Assembly (NCBI GenBank): GCA_025594325.1
Contig: JANHCV010000004.1
Span: 1,674,001-1,738,000 of the forward strand
Source: Blastocladiella emersonii ATCC 22665
Lineage: Eukaryota > Fungi > Blastocladiomycota
Direction: 5' to 3'
Length of the DNA: 64,000 bases
Of this stretch, positions 24,679 through 35,322 are shown in pieces. The notes under the pieces were generated by a model. That model did no database searches. It was not told where the DNA came from and saw only the letters and a list, made by a program, of their open reading frames with translations. Numbering within the stretch: position 1 is the stretch's first letter; the number at the start of each line of letters is the position of its first letter. A program made the position numbers and the translations under genes.

Positions 24679-25458
24679 CTACTGCTTGGGCGCGGGTCGC
24701 ACGAGCCCGACCCACCGCGGGTCCGTGTCGGGGTCAGCCAGCTCGGCGGGCGTGACCTCGCGCTCCTCGAGCGTGCGCACGACGCGTGCCGGGTTACCGA
24801 CGGCGACGCTCATCCCCGGCACGTCTTTCGTGACGACGCTGCCGGCGCCAACGGTGGTCCCGTCGCCGATCGTCACGCCCGACGTGACCACGACGTTGCC
24901 GCCGAGCCACACGTTGCTGCCGATGGTGATGGGGCGGCCGAACTCGGGGCCCTTGGTCCCGTTGCGCACCGCGGGCGACAGCGGGTGTTCGGCCGCGTAC
25001 ACGGACACGTTCGGGCCGAGCAGCACCTTGTCGCCGAACCGCACCGGGCACACGTCCAGGATCACCGCGTTGAAGTTGATGAACACGTCCTTGCCGAACG
25101 AGATGTACGAGCCCTACGCGGATGCGGACCGTCAGCCGCGCGTTCTATGTCCAACCGTGCAACCGGCAAGAGGGCGTACGTAGTCGCACTTGAACGGCGC
25201 CTCGATCCACGGCATCTCGTCGTCGGCGAGGTGCGCGACGCCCGGCCCGAACAGCGCGCGCATCACGCGGATCTGGCCCGTGCGGTCGTTCGGGTCGAGC
25301 TCGTCGTTGTACTCGCGCAGCAGCGCCCGCGTCCGCACCCGCTCCGCCGCGATCGCCGGGTGGAAACCGTGGTACAGCTGGCCCGCGAGCATCCGGTCGC
25401 GCTCCTCGCTCGGCACGAGGTGCGGGTCCGTGGTAGCGGTGGCGGAGGTCGATGACAT
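24679..25458 (-). CDS. Maltose/galactoside O-acetyltransferase (Mac plus hexapeptide repeat)
   Basis: ERDRMLAGQLY, WIEAPFKCDY-intron-GSYISFG..VFINFNAVILD, LGPNVSVYAAEHP, GPEFGRPITIGSNVWLGGNVVVTSGVTIGDG..VGAGSVVTKDVP. Confidence 0.95.
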
Positions 25459-26825
25459 GACAGTGCGGCGGGTCGTGGTCAGGGACAGCGAGAGGAGCGG
25501 GCGCGCTTTGTACGCCCCCCGCCGCCGCCGCGGCTTCACCAACGGTCGGAAATAGACGGCCGCTGCATCGTCCGCTTCATGTGATCCATGGTTGAGAGAG
25601 GAAGGAGGCCCGTTGTTCGTTCGGAGGGTGGGAACGCAGCGGCCCGTGTTGACGTGGCAGCGTGCGACCGGCTCGAGCCGGCTCAACTGCCGCCGCGCCG
25701 CGCCACACCAAGCGCGGGTCGGCGCGACTAATCAGCGGCGTGGGACTCACCGCCGTCGGTCGCGCCGCTGCGTTGGCCAGCTTGCCGCTCGCTCTCCTCG
25801 CTGATGTTCCCCACGCTAACATCTCATCGCATGACATGCTGCATTCTCATGGAACGGGTCTAGACATGGATCGCCCGAGCTCTTGCGTCTTTTGTTTGTG
25901 ATCCGAGCACTCGCGCTATCGAGTCTGACCGCCGTGCGGTGTCGAACTGTTCATCGATCTTGGCTTATCTCAAGTGCATCAAGGCGTACATGGGGACGCA
26001 TTAACGTGCTCTCGACCTCGGCGCCAAAGGCTGCGAACCGGTACACGGCCTCCTGTTCAAGATCCTAAGGCGTCGTGTATGCCCAGTCACGATCCGATGC
26101 TTCCTCCAACTGGCTCCGGTCGATTCTTCTGAGTCTACTCGCCGCCTATGCTCGCGTCGGCACGGATTGAAGTTGTTTCATCCAGGGTCGCCCATGCGAA
26201 GGCGGAATCGACTTAGCTGCGCAAACTCGACCTGGACCATTTCCGGGTTGTGCGCGAATGCCCAATGCTGTCCTACGTCGTGAGAGGAGGGTTGTTTTTC
26301 TTCGTGGCTCATCCAATCTTTCGTCACACGCTTGACCTACACGGGAAAAGAAGCGCGTGCACTCGCAACTCCTTGGCCCGCACTGGCCGATAAACGACTC
26401 AAAGCATCTCTGCCACTTACAAACTCTACACCAAGCTGAGGATCAACACCAAACTCGGTCCGTGATCGCGCGCACGCGTCGGCCACCTCGCACTCTTGCT
26501 GTCCAACTTGGCTTGCTCCTGTACCCAGCGCCTACGACGCGCTTTTAACAGCTCTCGTTGTCAGCGTGCGCTCATCGCTCATCGCTCCCGCCCGCTATGC
26601 GCACCTCGCGTGCCCTGATAACCCGGGCGGGAGCGATAGGCGCCGCGAGGTGTCGACGAGGCTGCGCGCGTCGCATCCACGGGCTCTCATTGCTCAAGAA
26701 CTTGGTCGGCGTTCGGGTGCTCGGTGCCAATCGGGCGCGTGCGCGCGGTCATGGATCGATCAACGTTGGGTTCGCATCGCATGTTTGCTCTAGAATCAGA
26801 TCATATTTCTACTCGTGCTCGGCCC

Positions 26826-28192
26826 CTATCCGCGAAACCGCTCGTTGAAGGCCACGTCCCACTCGCCCTCGACGCAGTAGAAGCACACGTCGACGTTGTT
26901 GGGCTGCAGCCGCTTGCGCTCTGTCATGAGCTTGCTCCAGACGTGGCACGTGCACCCGTCGTCGTACCCGTTGCCCGGGGCGTTCTCGTCGGCCTCGTGC
27001 ATGCCGTACGGCGTGCCGTCGTGGAACTCGTTCCCCCACACGGCGAGCGTTTCGAGGGTGCGGTTCAGGCCCATGAGGACGTGGGCGAGCGCGAGCAGGG
27101 CGTCGGACCCGGCGCCGACGTGGTCGACGTACAGCGCCGACAGCCAGATATTGTCCTTGAGCGTGCGCACGAGCGCGCCCAGGCCGCGGCTCCCGAGCGC
27201 GTTGTGCGACAGCCGCACCGTCTGCATCGCCGGGTGGCTCACGAGCGTCTGGGCGAGCGCCTCGGCGCCGTCCTGCATGATCCGGTTGCTCGACAGGTCG
27301 AGCGACTCGAGCTTGGTCGCGGCCGCGAGCGCGGGAGCGAGGTGCTCGGTCACGTCAAAGTCCTCGACGTTCAGCTTGGCGATCCCGAGCTCCGTCAGCT
27401 TCCGGTTCACGGCCAGCATGTGCGCGAGGTGACGCACGAAGTCGCCGTGCAGCGACGGCGCACGGTGCTGCGCCGCGCCCGCGTTGTCGGCAATGTCGAG
27501 CGACTTGAGGCTCGTGTTGCTCTGCATCACGGTGCACAGCGCGATCAGCGCGGGGAGCGCGAGGTCGCACTTGGCGAGACGCAGCCGGCTCAGCGTACAG
27601 TTCACCTGCAGCATGCCGGCCAGCGCCATGCCGCCCTCCTGGCCCAGCGCGTTGTGGCTCAGGTCCAGCGACGACAGCGTCTGGTTCACGGTCAGCGACT
27701 CGGCCAGCAGGCTGCCCGCGGTCGGGCCCAGGTTGTTGCTCGCGAGCACGAGTTCCTGGAGCGTCTTGGTTTCCTACACGCGCGAGAGAGTGGTGAGCAC
27801 ACTCTCCATCGTCGCGCCCACGATGAGATCCGAACCCGCAACCACTTGGCGAGAATCGCGCCGCCGCGGTCCGTGAGGTGGTTGAAGCTGAGGTCGAGCG
27901 TGGTCAGGAAATCCTTGCCGTTGAAGGGGATGATGAGCACGTCGAGGTAGTCGTCGGTGATGCGGTGCTGGCGCAGCTCGGCATGGTTGCCGCGGAGCAG
28001 GAAGGCCTGCGGCGTCTGGCCATCGTCGATGCACTTGGCCAGCTGCTGCTGCAGGAACGGGATCTGGTACGCGCTGCGCCGCGCGCACTGCACGTTGTAT
28101 CCCTGGATTGCGAGGCGTTAGCCGGCGTGTCGGGCGCGCTTCATGGCGGTGCAGGGACTGACCTCGAGGTAATCGATTACATGGAGCGACAT
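26826..28192 (-). CDS. LRRC34: Leucine-rich-repeat protein, LRRC34-like (RI-type LRRs)
   Basis: LRGNH..HRITD, LDLSFNHLTDRGG, repeated LxxLxLxxNxLG motifs and the LRRC34-type ending LAVWGNEF...LQPNNVDVCFYCVEG. Short first exon MSLHVIDYLE; two introns. Confidence 0.8.
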
Positions 28193-28936
28193 GGTGGCGG
28201 CTGTGGGCGGATTACGCGTGAGCAACTCGGAAGATCACGGCCGGCGAGCTCACGAGGCAGGGCCGGCGCGTGCGTGCGAGACAGCGACGCGACGCGTGAA
28301 CTTGCGAGACGCGTGACGAGAACGTGCTCACGGCTTCCGCGCTTCCCGCGTTTCAGGCTGCGCGGGGACGCAAACCGTTGACGCCGCTGCGCCCGCGTCC
28401 TCGCTCCCCTCGACTCCCCTCGCCCTCTGCGACCACCGTCAAGTCCCCTCACGCAACTTGCTGCATTCGACGCGCCTCGCGCTGCACCAGCCTCGCCGAC
28501 CTCGTATGTCGCGCCGTCGCCGAGTCGCCGATGCATCGCACTGACACCCCGCCCGCCCGCTGCTCTCCAGGCTTCCAAGCTTTTCTTTTCTCAAGTCGCC
28601 CCGGTCCTCGTACCCACCGCGCACCCACACACACCCTCCTCGCCGTTTTCCTGCTTTCTGCTGCACCGATAGTCCGCCTGGTACGACGATCCCGCGCGCC
28701 CCTGATCTGCTCTCGCCTCGCCGCCAGCTCACACGACCCCGTCCGCGCGCACTCTCTAGGGATTATCGGCGTCCACGACAAAGCTGGCTAAACTCCAAGT
28801 CGTCATTCTTTTCTGCTCGGGAGACTTTCTCACGAGCTCGCCGCCCTCCAAGAAGGCCCGCAATCCCCCCTCCCGCACTGCTGCCGCCGGTGCCCTCCTC
28901 CTCGCCTCGTAACCCCACACCCACACCCCCGCCACC

Positions 28937-29858
28937 ATGCGCTCCACCAACTCGGCCGTCGACATTGCCCTGACCATGTTACCCTGGAACGGCAATGGCT
29001 CGAGTAATCGCGGCGCGGCGGTTGCCGCTGCCCCTCGCGCCGCCGCAACCGTCGCTGCCCACGCTTCCTCGGGCGGGCCCGCCGCCGCCGCCATCCCCTC
29101 CTCGCCTACCGCCACGGCTACGGGCACGTCGGACGCCCCGGCCGTCGCCTGCAACCTGTTCCGCTTCGCGGGCGCCCGCCAGACCAACTACCGCTACGCG
29201 CTGGGTAAGGAAATCGGGTGGTGCGTTTGACACCCCCTTGCGCGAGGCGGGCGCGCCCGGCGGGGGCGGGGCGCGCTACGCCACGGCGGCGGGGGCGGTG
29301 TCGACGGCTGTGTCGGGTTCGGGTTCCGGTGCGGGCAAGTTCGGGCTCGCTGCTGCCTCGGCCGTCGTCGCTGCCGCTGCGGCCCTGCCCACCGCGACCG
29401 CCACGGCCACGGGTCCGTCGGCGACCGAGCTCGCGTACCGGCGCCACGTGCAGCTCGCGTGCATCGACTTCCTGCTCGCGCAGTTTGCCGGGACGCCGCT
29501 GGCCGATGAGCTCGCAGTGGCGCCCGCGGCGATCCTGTCGTCGGCCATGGTCATCACGGTGGCGGGGCTGCCCGCGCCCATCTACGCGGCGACCACGCAC
29601 GACGGCGTCATGTTCGCGCACCTGGCGTTCGGCGCGTCGCCCCTCGCGCTGCGCAACCCCGACACGTTCCGGTCCCTGATCGTGGCGATTCTCGAGCTCG
29701 CCGAGGACACGCTCGCGTGCGCGCAGGTCGTGATCCGCGTCGACCCCAAGGAGGCCGAGCTCGCCCTCGCGCTCCGCTACGTCGGGTTCGACGTGGTCTC
29801 GCCCGCCGTCATGGCGCACGACCCCGCGCAGTCGGTGCTCCTGGTCTACGAGGTGTGA
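28937..29858 (+). CDS. OAZ1: Ornithine decarboxylase antizyme, decoded by a +1 programmed ribosomal frameshift (predicted 306 aa)
   Basis: ORF1 28937-29230 ends ...YRYALGKEIGWCV* (TGG TGC GTT TGA). ORF2 in the +1 frame has no initiator nearby and continues D-T-P-L... to FRSLIVAILELAEDTLACAQVVIRVD..LRYVGFDVVSP..LLVYEV, the antizyme domain signature. Confidence 0.93.
29219..29278 (+). promoter_or_regulatory. +1 frameshift cassette (TGG TGC GTT TGA C) with a candidate 3' stimulatory structure
   Basis: W-C-x-stop context typical of antizymes. Downstream CCCCC (29233-37) can pair with GGGGG (29262-66), and GCGCGCCC (29251-58) with GGGCGCGC (29269-76). Confidence 0.75.
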
Positions 29859-30010
29859 GCGCATCGTGCCGTGTCGCTGGTGGTGCCGCTGCCTTTGTTT
29901 GTCGTTTGCCCGTTCCCGCCCTTTTTTCTTTTGCCTGTTTTCCCCCCGGTTTGTATGTCTATCCAAAATCAAATCACTGTTGTTCATCCACGTCCGTGCC
30001 CTCTCCCTCT

Positions 30011-30577
30011 TCAATCGCTGCCCGCCATGAGCCCCGCGACGAGCTGGTCGAGCGCGGACCGGAACGCCACGTTGGTGATGAGCGCGTGTGGTGGGACCGA
30101 GTTATCGACGGGCTTCTTCTTGGTGCGCACGAGGCTCGGCCCCGGCGTGGTCGCCGCGAGCGGGTTCTTGGCCACGTGCTCGACGTAGATGTCGCGGTAG
30201 ATGGCGCGCAGTACGTCGCGCACCGCCTGCGTGTCGACGCCCGTGCCCGTGATCATGACCAGCTTCAGTGACGTCGGCGTCTCGTAGTAGTGCAGCTTGT
30301 AGTGCGACGTGCTGAAGGCCAGGAATGGGGCGTCGGAGCTACAGTTCGGGGCGGTGGCGGGGTCAGCGGTAGTGAGGGTTTGAAGGAGGGGGAGGGGGGC
30401 GTACGCAGGCTCGCGGCGCAGCTTGTTGACGAGGTTGCGCGCCGAGTAGATGACGCCGTAGACGAGCTTGTTCTGCTCGCTCGCGTCGAGCGCGCCCGCC
30501 ACGGCCGTGGCCTGCGCGTAGTCGCCGTGGTAGATGCAGTCGCAGTGCCGGTCGAAGATGTGCAGGCTGTAGATCAT
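30011..30577 (-). CDS. BET5: TRAPP complex subunit Bet5/TRAPPC1
   Basis: MIYSLHIFDRHCDCIY, EQNKLVYGVIYSARNLVNKL, FSTSHYKLHYYETPTSLKLVMIT, LRAIYRDIYVEHVAKNPL. One probable in-frame intron at about 30340-30405. Confidence 0.95.
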   Translation of the reverse strand: MIYSLHIFDRHCDCIYHGDYAQATAVAGALDASEQNKLVYGVIYSARNLVNKLRREPAYAPLPLLQTLTTADPATAPNCSSDAPFLAFSTSHYKLHYYETPTSLKLVMITGTGVDTQAVRDVLRAIYRDIYVEHVAKNPLAATTPGPSLVRTKKKPVDNSVPPHALITNVAFRSALDQLVAGLMAGSD

Positions 30578-30782
30578 GTTTCAGCAAGTCGGGTGGTCCG
30601 CTCAGGGTCAGAGATTCATGGAAGGGCGGGTTTAGGGAGCGCCAGGTGTGGCGGAGGCGGGCACGAAGGGCGAGCGAGCGACGCGACCGCTGCTGTGGCG
30701 CCGCTCACATCACCTGATGCTCAAAGCGCGTCCTTGAACGCTCGCCGGCCGTGGTCTGGGCTCTCTACAGCACCGCCCTGCC

Positions 30783-32397
30783 ATGAATCAGAACGGAAAG
30801 AGTAGCCGCAACGGGCCGCCGGGGCTCGAGGCCTTCGTGAGCCCGGCCACGTTCCGGCCGCTGCCAAATGTACTCGGCGACGTCGTATCCAGCGAGCAGG
30901 CTTGGGGCTCATGCGATACTCCGAATGTAGCCGCTCCCGCTCGACGTGGCTGTGGCCAAGCACTTGAGTCCTGCTGCCGCGCAGCTGAAGCGGTCGTTCA
31001 CGATGCACGACCTCGCCGATCAGTCGAATCCCGTCGAGTTTTGCCACGTGCGCCTGGTCTCTCCGTAGTTCGGCTAGGCCCGTGCCCTAACGCGTTCGTT
31101 CGAGACTCTAGACGTTCCGCTGCTACAAGCTGCTCGAGGACTACACGCGGACCACGCTGCAGGCGACCCCGGCCGCCGACGAGCACCGCGCGACGATCAT
31201 GACGCTGTGGTACCACCGCATCGAGTCTCTGATCCGCCTCGACCTCATCGGCGTCGCGCTTGCCGAGTCCAAGGCGCTCGACCTCCCGCGCAACCCGCTT
31301 GCGTCGTGGGGCCTGCGCATCCTCGCCGCCCGCCTCCCCGCGCTCGGCGGCGACGCGTACCTGTCCGTTGACCTGTTCCACCGCCAGCTCACGGCCCTCG
31401 CGCAGCCGGGCGTGACGTCGCTGGCGGCCTCGCAATCGGCGCGCGTTGCGCTCGAGATCCGCCGCCAGCTCGTGACCGTCGTCGCGCACGACCTGCACGA
31501 CCCGCGGCTCCTCGACCAGCTCATCGCGTCCTTCCCGACCCCCGAAACCTCCGAGTGCGTGCCCGCGACCCTCGTCGCCGCGTGGTGGGCCGACCTCGCG
31601 CTCGTCGCGACCGCCGTCAGCCTGTTCCCGCGCGCCGAGGCGTTCCTCGCCAAGATCGACGCGCTCGGGACCGAGTACGCGGGGCTCGCCAACTTTGTGC
31701 GGTAAGCTCTTCCGCCTTGAAATTTTGAGCGCCGCGGCACTGACCCCGCGCGCGCTTCGCGTGTAGCGGCACCCTCCTCGCCGCGCGCGGCTCGCACCCG
31801 CAGGCCAGCCGCGTGTGGGACGACCTGGTCGCGCAGCTCAAGGCCGCGAGCGAGCGCATCCGCGCGTTCGAGGCCGCCAACCCGGACGCGCCGCCCGCGC
31901 TCGGCGACGCGGACGAGACGACGGGCGCGCCGGCGCCCATGAACGCCCAGCTGCGCGTCTCGGACTCGCTGCCCACGCTCCTCGCCGACCTGCCCGCCAG
32001 CGACCACGACGCCACACCGCCGCACGACGCGCTAGTACCCACCGCGGCCGAGTACGCCGCGGACCTGGCGTGGATCGCGCCGCTGCTCCCGCTCGTCGAC
32101 GCGATCGCGAACAACGCGATTGTCGCGCGCCAGTACACGGCGCCCGACGGCGCCATGGCGGCGGTGAACGGTGAGTCCTCGGCGCTCGACCAGCTCACGG
32201 CGGTCGCGCGGCGCGCCGGGTACACGGGGTCGGCCGTCGTCAGCAACCTCGCGGCGTGGATCGAGGTCACGCCGCCCGCCCGCCCGCCGCGGCCGCCAGC
32301 GACGGCGACGACTGTTCTCGACCGGAAGCGCGACGAGCTCGTCGCGATGATCCGGGCGACGGATGCGCCGGCGGTCGCGGCGATGCGGATGGGGTAG
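30783..32397 (+). CDS. TRAPPC12: TRAPPC12-like subunit
   Basis: FRPLP N-terminal motif; LWYHRIESLIRLDL...SWGLRILAARLP (compare WFTRLALLVKL...PFSMRILHAEL); C-terminal IANNAIVARQY and VVSNLAAWIEV...RKRDELV. Introns at about 30870-30930, 31049-31128 and 31702-31766. Assignment from recalled motifs. Confidence 0.72.
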
Positions 32398-32539
32398 CGG
32401 GGATTGAAGTGGTGGTGGTGTTCAACCGTGGAATTGATAGTTTTCAAGCCATGAGCGACGCGCGTGCGAGACAAATCTGCGGCCTGAAAGCCGGCACTTC
32501 GTCGCCGCCCCCTTGTGTTACCGCTAGTCTCAAGTCACT

Positions 32540-33850
32540 ATGTCACGAATGGACCACGAAGCTCATGCATTGGCTCTCCCGGGCGGGTGGCCGCACAGCG
32601 CCGTTGTGGATCCGGCCGAAATCGATACTTTGGATGAGGGACCGACCTCGCGCCCCTCTTCGCCAGTTTCGACGCCAGAAGCCCACGAGAAGCCATCGTG
32701 CGGAATGCTGGACCAAACTATGCAACTTTTCGAGCTTGCTGGGCCTAATCCAGAGGGCGCACGTGGAACGTTTGGTCTTGACGCGACACCAGTTCGTACA
32801 GCTGCTCCGCGCGCAGTTGATGGCGACCTTGATCTTTCAACCGCACCTCATCTTGAAGCAGGCTCCTTAATTGCATCTGCGCAAGACTCGTCTCACTCTA
32901 GCAGAACCTCGATGTCTCTGCGGCCGCGGAGCCCTCGCTTAGTCGTGGTCCGCTACCCCGAGCCTGTTCCCCCGCATCGCTGCGACTCGGCCGGGACTGG
33001 GTCCATCGAAAACCTCGCGTCATCGTCGTCGGCGTGCCCTGATCAGCTTGCTCGCCCAGTCTCGCCCAAACGACCCGTCTTTGCCGCACCGTCTATGGAG
33101 CGGCCGAAATCGCCGACTCCCGTCAATGGTCGAGTTGTAGCTCGGCCGGCGAGTCCAAGTTCTCAATCATCGCGCACCGTGGAGACCAAGACGCCCTTTC
33201 CCGCCGCGGCCTCCTCTGCATCGCTCCGTGAGACGCTTGCTCATGTCCTTGATCGCTTCACCGCAGCTCGCGTGCAATACCAAGCGCATCTAGCAACGGA
33301 GCCGCCCACGCTCGGAGTCTTACTCTCGGCCTCATTCCGCGGATCCACCGGCGTGCCATCGTGCCGCACACCCCGAGCCTTTCTTGACAATCTTACGCTC
33401 CCTTCCATCGAGCGCGACGCGATTGCTCCCGAGTTTGCTGTTCACGTCGTCGGATGGCTCGAGCGCGAGTCAAAGTCGGCGCGACTTGACGCTAGCCCGC
33501 CGGTCCTCGCGATTCCTGCTTTCGCGGCTTCGCTTGCCCGAGCCGACCATGACGGGCAACTTACTTCTACTCTCGTCATTCATCTGATCGCCTCACTCGA
33601 TCTTTTCAGGTTCGTTTTTGAGGGGGCGAGTTGGAGCGATGGTGGAATCCCGCGTCGCGCTGCCTGTTTGATCGACCTCCTGGTGCGGATCATGCTTGCG
33701 CCCGAGACGGCGCTGCGGTGTCCCGAGTTGCGACCGTCCGAGCTTCTTGACCTGATTCAAGTTGCGCTGAACCGAACGAACCAAGGATCCGTGCTGCGGC
33801 GCCAAGTGAAGCTCGCGCTCGACGCGGTCGCTGCCGAGCGTGGTGAGTGA
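32540..33850 (+). CDS. Hypothetical protein, 436 aa (disordered N-half, helical C-half)
   Basis: Long ORF, but with weaker GC3 bias than neighbouring genes and no recognisable motif. It may continue through an unresolved intron into 33902-34093. Confidence 0.45.
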   Translation: MSRMDHEAHALALPGGWPHSAVVDPAEIDTLDEGPTSRPSSPVSTPEAHEKPSCGMLDQTMQLFELAGPNPEGARGTFGLDATPVRTAAPRAVDGDLDLSTAPHLEAGSLIASAQDSSHSSRTSMSLRPRSPRLVVVRYPEPVPPHRCDSAGTGSIENLASSSSACPDQLARPVSPKRPVFAAPSMERPKSPTPVNGRVVARPASPSSQSSRTVETKTPFPAAASSASLRETLAHVLDRFTAARVQYQAHLATEPPTLGVLLSASFRGSTGVPSCRTPRAFLDNLTLPSIERDAIAPEFAVHVVGWLERESKSARLDASPPVLAIPAFAASLARADHDGQLTSTLVIHLIASLDLFRFVFEGASWSDGGIPRRAACLIDLLVRIMLAPETALRCPELRPSELLDLIQVALNRTNQGSVLRRQVKLALDAVAAERGE

Positions 33851-34629
33851 CTGCTCGCGCAAGCCTGATGTGTCTGAGAATAAAGCCAGAGGTAGAATAA
33901 CATGATTTTCTCTCACTGGGCCACGAATATCGGCCGAGTCGTTCTGAGATTGTTCAAGCGACACCCGGACCTCTTCGCTCGCTCGCTCACGCGTATTCAC
34001 AAGCTTCTGTACAAGAGAGCTGATGTCAAAATCGAAGCAAATTTTGGGTTGAATCTAAAACAGTACTTGGACGAGCCGCTGAGACCTACCTGACTGACGT
34101 AGTTCGCGGCCATTTGAGCCCGCATCGCGCCTTTCGGAAGTGTTTGCGTGTCTAGGCAAACCCTACCTACGTGCTGCTTATTTGCGTGACTTGGGTGTGA
34201 TGTTTTGCAACGTGAATTGTGTAAGAAGAGGGACGTCGTTACGAGTACCGTGTTAAGTTGACGCGTTGCGCCACTCATGTGAATCATGATCGAGGTTCTT
34301 TCGCACCTCCATGCGGCGAGTTGTTCGAGTGGACGGACGAGCTTGCGTAGGTCGGCTTCTATGAGGCGCGAGAAGCGCGGGACGATGGTGTAAACCAAGT
34401 AACAATGACACAGTCGAGGTGTTGGTGGTTCTTTAGAGTGAATATATCTGTCCTATGTATTCAATCACGTATCTCCCGTCATGCCTCGGACCTGCGATTA
34501 AACCTTGCAGCGTTGCCAAGCGTCCGAGTCGTATCGCGTTTACCAAGTAAGGTCTCGCATTCAAAGTCAGACACGAAAAAAGGGCAGCTGCATGCCTGTC
34601 CGGGCGCTTGGTGAGTATCATGCTCTTTG

Positions 34630-34945
34630 AATTAGAGATTAGGCGCATCCCTCCGAGACTCACGGCCCAGACCCAACAATTTTGCGTGTAGAGCATCGCG
34701 AACACGGCCGTGATCGCGTACCAGGACCCCCCTTGTAAGCGCTTTCTCTCCACTTGGATCCATGTATGTAGCTGCTGAACCTATAGGCACAGAGAAGCTA
34801 CAAACTACTTTGCTGATAGCAACACATCACCCACGCTATCGCCACCGTCACCGAACGCACAGAGGATTGGGTCCTCTCGACGATGTTCACGGTCCTCAAC
34901 CTCACGCGGCTGCATCGTACGTGCGAAACGGCGATGCAAGCGTCA
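34630..34945 (+). pseudogene. Deleted, start-less relic of the 7TM gene at 49707-50795
   Basis: Nucleotide similarity to 49500-49725 (GCATCGCGAACACGGCCGTGATCGC; ACACATCAC..CGCTATCGCCACC). The paralog's ATGGCCGAACTCACTGAGG has become GTCACCGAACGCACAGAGG. It is then fused directly to the TM3 segment TTCACGGTCCTCAAC.TCACGCG.CTGCA matching about 50028-50060. Confidence 0.85.
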
Positions 34946-35077
34946 GTTCCTCACAACCGCCACAATAGAGTCCTTGGTCATGGCAAAGTCGAGGTTGCCG
35001 ATGAGAGAAGGAGGCCCTTGAACTTGCTTCACTTAGTCGCAACATGCTGAACCCGTCTCGGTGCGTACGAGTGCGTA

Positions 35078-35322
35078 TGACGGCGTGAGGCGGGATCACG
35101 ACGACGCGGACGGACGCGATGGCCGTCGGACATGACAGCAGCGGAAGCGTTCGCCGCGAGAGAGTGGTCAGTCAGACCGTCGCGCGAGTACCTGGTCGAG
35201 ACACATACGCAGTTGGCTTCTAGGGCAGAGCGCAGGGCGAGCAAGTCGTGAGTGATCGGTCATGTTCGCACGAATGAGAGATCCAGCGCGACACGTCCCG
35301 GGTTGACGTTGACCTGCGACCC
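35078..35322 (+). repeat. ~245-bp dispersed direct repeat, copy A (partner 39397-39634)
   Basis: Shared blocks TGACGGCGTGAGGCGGGATCACGA, CGCGATGGCCGTCGGACATGACAGCAGCGGAAGCG, GAGTACCTGGTCGA, TTCTAGGGCAG, GTGAGTGATCGG, GACACGTCCC, GACCTGCGACCC. Confidence 0.9.

Noticed and set aside
25460-26720. 1.2-kb lower-GC intergenic stretch with short ORFs
   Set aside because: No codon bias, repeat structure or motif could be supported by eye.
29205-29453. GTAAGG at 29205 as an intron donor that would bypass the antizyme frameshift
   Set aside because: There is no suitably spaced branch point or acceptor (introns here are 54-90 nt). The nearest CAG acceptor gives an out-of-frame product. The W-C-x-stop motif explains the break.
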